A stretch of DNA of 61,569 nt, counting the filler. It is 5 parts of 5 records of this genome, joined end to end, with 100 filler letters (N's around TTAATTAATTAA, not from the genome) between each part and the next. Parts side by side here need not be neighbours in the genome. Positions count along the whole stretch, not along the records: positions 56,143 to 61,569 come from SRR2962707_1563; 4 more parts are not named here. One strand, given 5' to 3'. The notes under the pieces were generated by a model. It worked only from the letters and a program-made list of their open reading frames with translations, was not told the DNA's origin and searched no databases. The position numbers were made by a program, and so were the translations under genes. Of this stretch, positions 59,974-61,569 are shown in pieces; positions within the stretch are counted from its first letter, which is position 1, and each line of letters starts with the position of its first letter.

Positions 59974-60621
59974 TCAGCCTGCGTCGGGCTGGAATTCGGG
60001 CGATGCATCGTTCAGCGCAGGGATCGCCAAACAGTTTTCATGGATGCGCCGGATCGTTGGATAGGGGGTCATATCCACATTAAACCGGGCGTTGTTCAAG
60101 ACCTGAGCGTACAGACATAAATCTGCCAGTCCGACCTTGTTTTTATGGCAAAAATCACCTGTTTCAGGGTCAGAAGACAGGCGTGTTTCCAACGCATCCA
60201 TGCCAGCGCTGGCCCATTTCCGAAACCACGCTGCCTTCCCTTCTGCACCGGCACCAAACTCGGCCTCGAGATGTTTTAGGATGCGCAGGTTGTTCACAGG
60301 ATGGATATCTAATGCGACAATATGCGCAAGGCTGCGCACCCGTGCACGGCCCCACGGATCGGCTGGTAACAGCGGTGGTTCGGGGTGCACCTCGTCCAGC
60401 CATTCAATTATGGCAAGCGATTGCGGCAATGCGCCCTGCGGCGTCACCAGGGTTGGCACCAACCCCGAAGGGTTGAGCGCCAGATGCTCTGCGCTGGCCT
60501 GCTCGCCCTTGAGCAACGACAGGGGGATATAATCAAATGCCAACCCTTTGAGGTTCAGCGCGGCGCGCACCCGAACCGAGGTCGAGCTGCGAAAATAGTT
60601 ATGCAGCGCCAGATCGGTCAT
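59974..60621 (-). CDS. maiA: Zeta-class GST: maleylacetoacetate/maleylpyruvate isomerase
   Basis: YFRSSTSVRVRAALNLKG, NPSGLVPTL, QSLAIIEWLDE, DIHPVNNLR, PEFQPDA. Confidence 0.88.
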   Translation of the reverse strand: MTDLALHNYFRSSTSVRVRAALNLKGLAFDYIPLSLLKGEQASAEHLALNPSGLVPTLVTPQGALPQSLAIIEWLDEVHPEPPLLPADPWGRARVRSLAHIVALDIHPVNNLRILKHLEAEFGAGAEGKAAWFRKWASAGMDALETRLSSDPETGDFCHKNKVGLADLCLYAQVLNNARFNVDMTPYPTIRRIHENCLAIPALNDASPEFQPDAG

Positions 60622-61322
60622 GCGCGCGGGCCGATGGTGACCTCAAGCGTTCCGATGCCGTCAACGCCCCCCGTAACAACATCGCCCGCGACGATCGCGC
60701 CAACCCCGGCCGGTGTGCCGGTCATGATGATATCACCCGGAGCCAGCGTCATCGAACGCGACAAGATCGACACATGTTCGCGAACAGACCAGATCAGATC
60801 AGCCAGATCGGCGTCTTGTTTCGTCTCGCCATTCACCGCCAACCAGATGCGCCCGTTTTCCACCGAAGGCACATCAGCAATCGGTACAACCGGCGCGATC
60901 GGGGCAGAGCAATCAAAGGCTTTGCCCCAATCCCACGGACGTCCCATCGTCTTGGCCTCGTTCTGTAGGTCGCGGCGGGTTAGGTCGATCCCGACCGACG
61001 CCCCCCAGACATGATCCATCACATCGTCTTCGGCGATATCACGGCCACCTTTGCCAATCGCGATGATCAATTCGATCTCGTAATGCAGGTTTTCGGTCAG
61101 CGGCGGATAGGGAACGGTGCAAGGCGTATCAACTGCCGCATCTGCCGGTTTGGTAAAGAAAAACGGGGCCTCGCGGCTTGGGTCTTTGCCCATTTCAATC
61201 GCGTGAGCCTCGTAATTGCGCCCGACGCAAAAGATGCGCCGTACCGGAAACCGCGCGTCTGATCCCTTGATGGCTAGGCTTGCCTGTTTTGGGGGCGCGA
61301 ATGCGTAGATATCGGATGTCAT
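60618..61322 (-). CDS. Fumarylacetoacetate hydrolase family protein (fumarylpyruvate hydrolase-like)
   Basis: RRIFCVGRNYEAH, PFFFTKP, HYEIEL, DLTRRDLQ, GRPWDWGKAFD, TGTPAGVG. Confidence 0.9.
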   Translation of the reverse strand: MTSDIYAFAPPKQASLAIKGSDARFPVRRIFCVGRNYEAHAIEMGKDPSREAPFFFTKPADAAVDTPCTVPYPPLTENLHYEIELIIAIGKGGRDIAEDDVMDHVWGASVGIDLTRRDLQNEAKTMGRPWDWGKAFDCSAPIAPVVPIADVPSVENGRIWLAVNGETKQDADLADLIWSVREHVSILSRSMTLAPGDIIMTGTPAGVGAIVAGDVVTGGVDGIGTLEVTIGPRA

Positions 61323-61392
61323 GGGCGGATCCTTTGTAACCGTTTAGGCCAAGGGATAGCGCCCAATTCTGCTGGCGTCATCTGATTAAGGG

Positions 61393-61569
61393 TCAAACCT
61401 GCACTTTAATGCGCCGCAGCCGCAATGCGTTAGTCAGCACGAAAACCGACGAAAACGCCATCGCCGACGCGGCAAGGATCGGCGACAACAAGATGCCGAA
61501 CGGCGGATACAGCGCGCCAGCCGCAACAGGGATCAGCGCCACGTTATACCCAAAGGCCCAGAACAGGTT
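61393..61569 (-). CDS. copA: C-terminal end of a P1B-1 copper-translocating P-type ATPase (partial)
   Basis: Not in the ORF track. Minus-strand translation [58 protein letters not shown] carries the YN and MxxSS Cu(I) motifs. Confidence 0.88.
   Translation of the reverse strand, partial: NLFWAFGYNVALIPVAAGALYPPFGILLSPILAASAMAFSSVFVLTNALRLRRIKVQV

Overview
The window is not one continuous replicon. It is five contig pieces joined by four artificial 100-nt linkers (44 N + TTAATTAATTAA + 44 N) at 14220-14319, 23500-23599, 39683-39782 and 56043-56142. Pieces A (1-14219), B (14320-23499) and D (39783-56042) are GC-richer and share a GTGGGA-stem-loop-GAAT REP family. Piece A has the tex/ompR/envZ synteny of a gammaproteobacterium; an Alcanivorax-like marine lineage is my inference. 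Pieces C (23600-39682) and E (56143-61569) look like a Roseobacter-group alphaproteobacterium: hslVU, trxA-addAB-murU-amgK-tsaE-divL-regB/senC/regA-ahcY, and cytochrome c2. I found no rRNA, tRNA, CRISPR array or transposase. The best candidates for something undescribed are two uncharacterised acyl-CoA catabolic modules. Piece D is a REP-bounded, GntR-controlled module with a CoA ligase carrying a long insertion, an ABC importer, a class III CoA-transferase, an epimerase-like VOC protein, two heteromeric acyl-CoA dehydrogenase pairs and two non-canonical crotonases, but no thiolase or hydroxyacyl-CoA dehydrogenase. Piece B is an IclR-controlled, MFE-2-like (R)-specific beta-oxidation operon with an ADP-forming ligase. 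Other notable items are a terminator inside the 5' leader of an MFS gene, a MocR-controlled tandem AhpD/CMD duplication, a NylC/DmpA-like peptidase-hydrolase-TTC38 operon, and several readable operators. All product calls come from motif recognition by eye; no database search was run.
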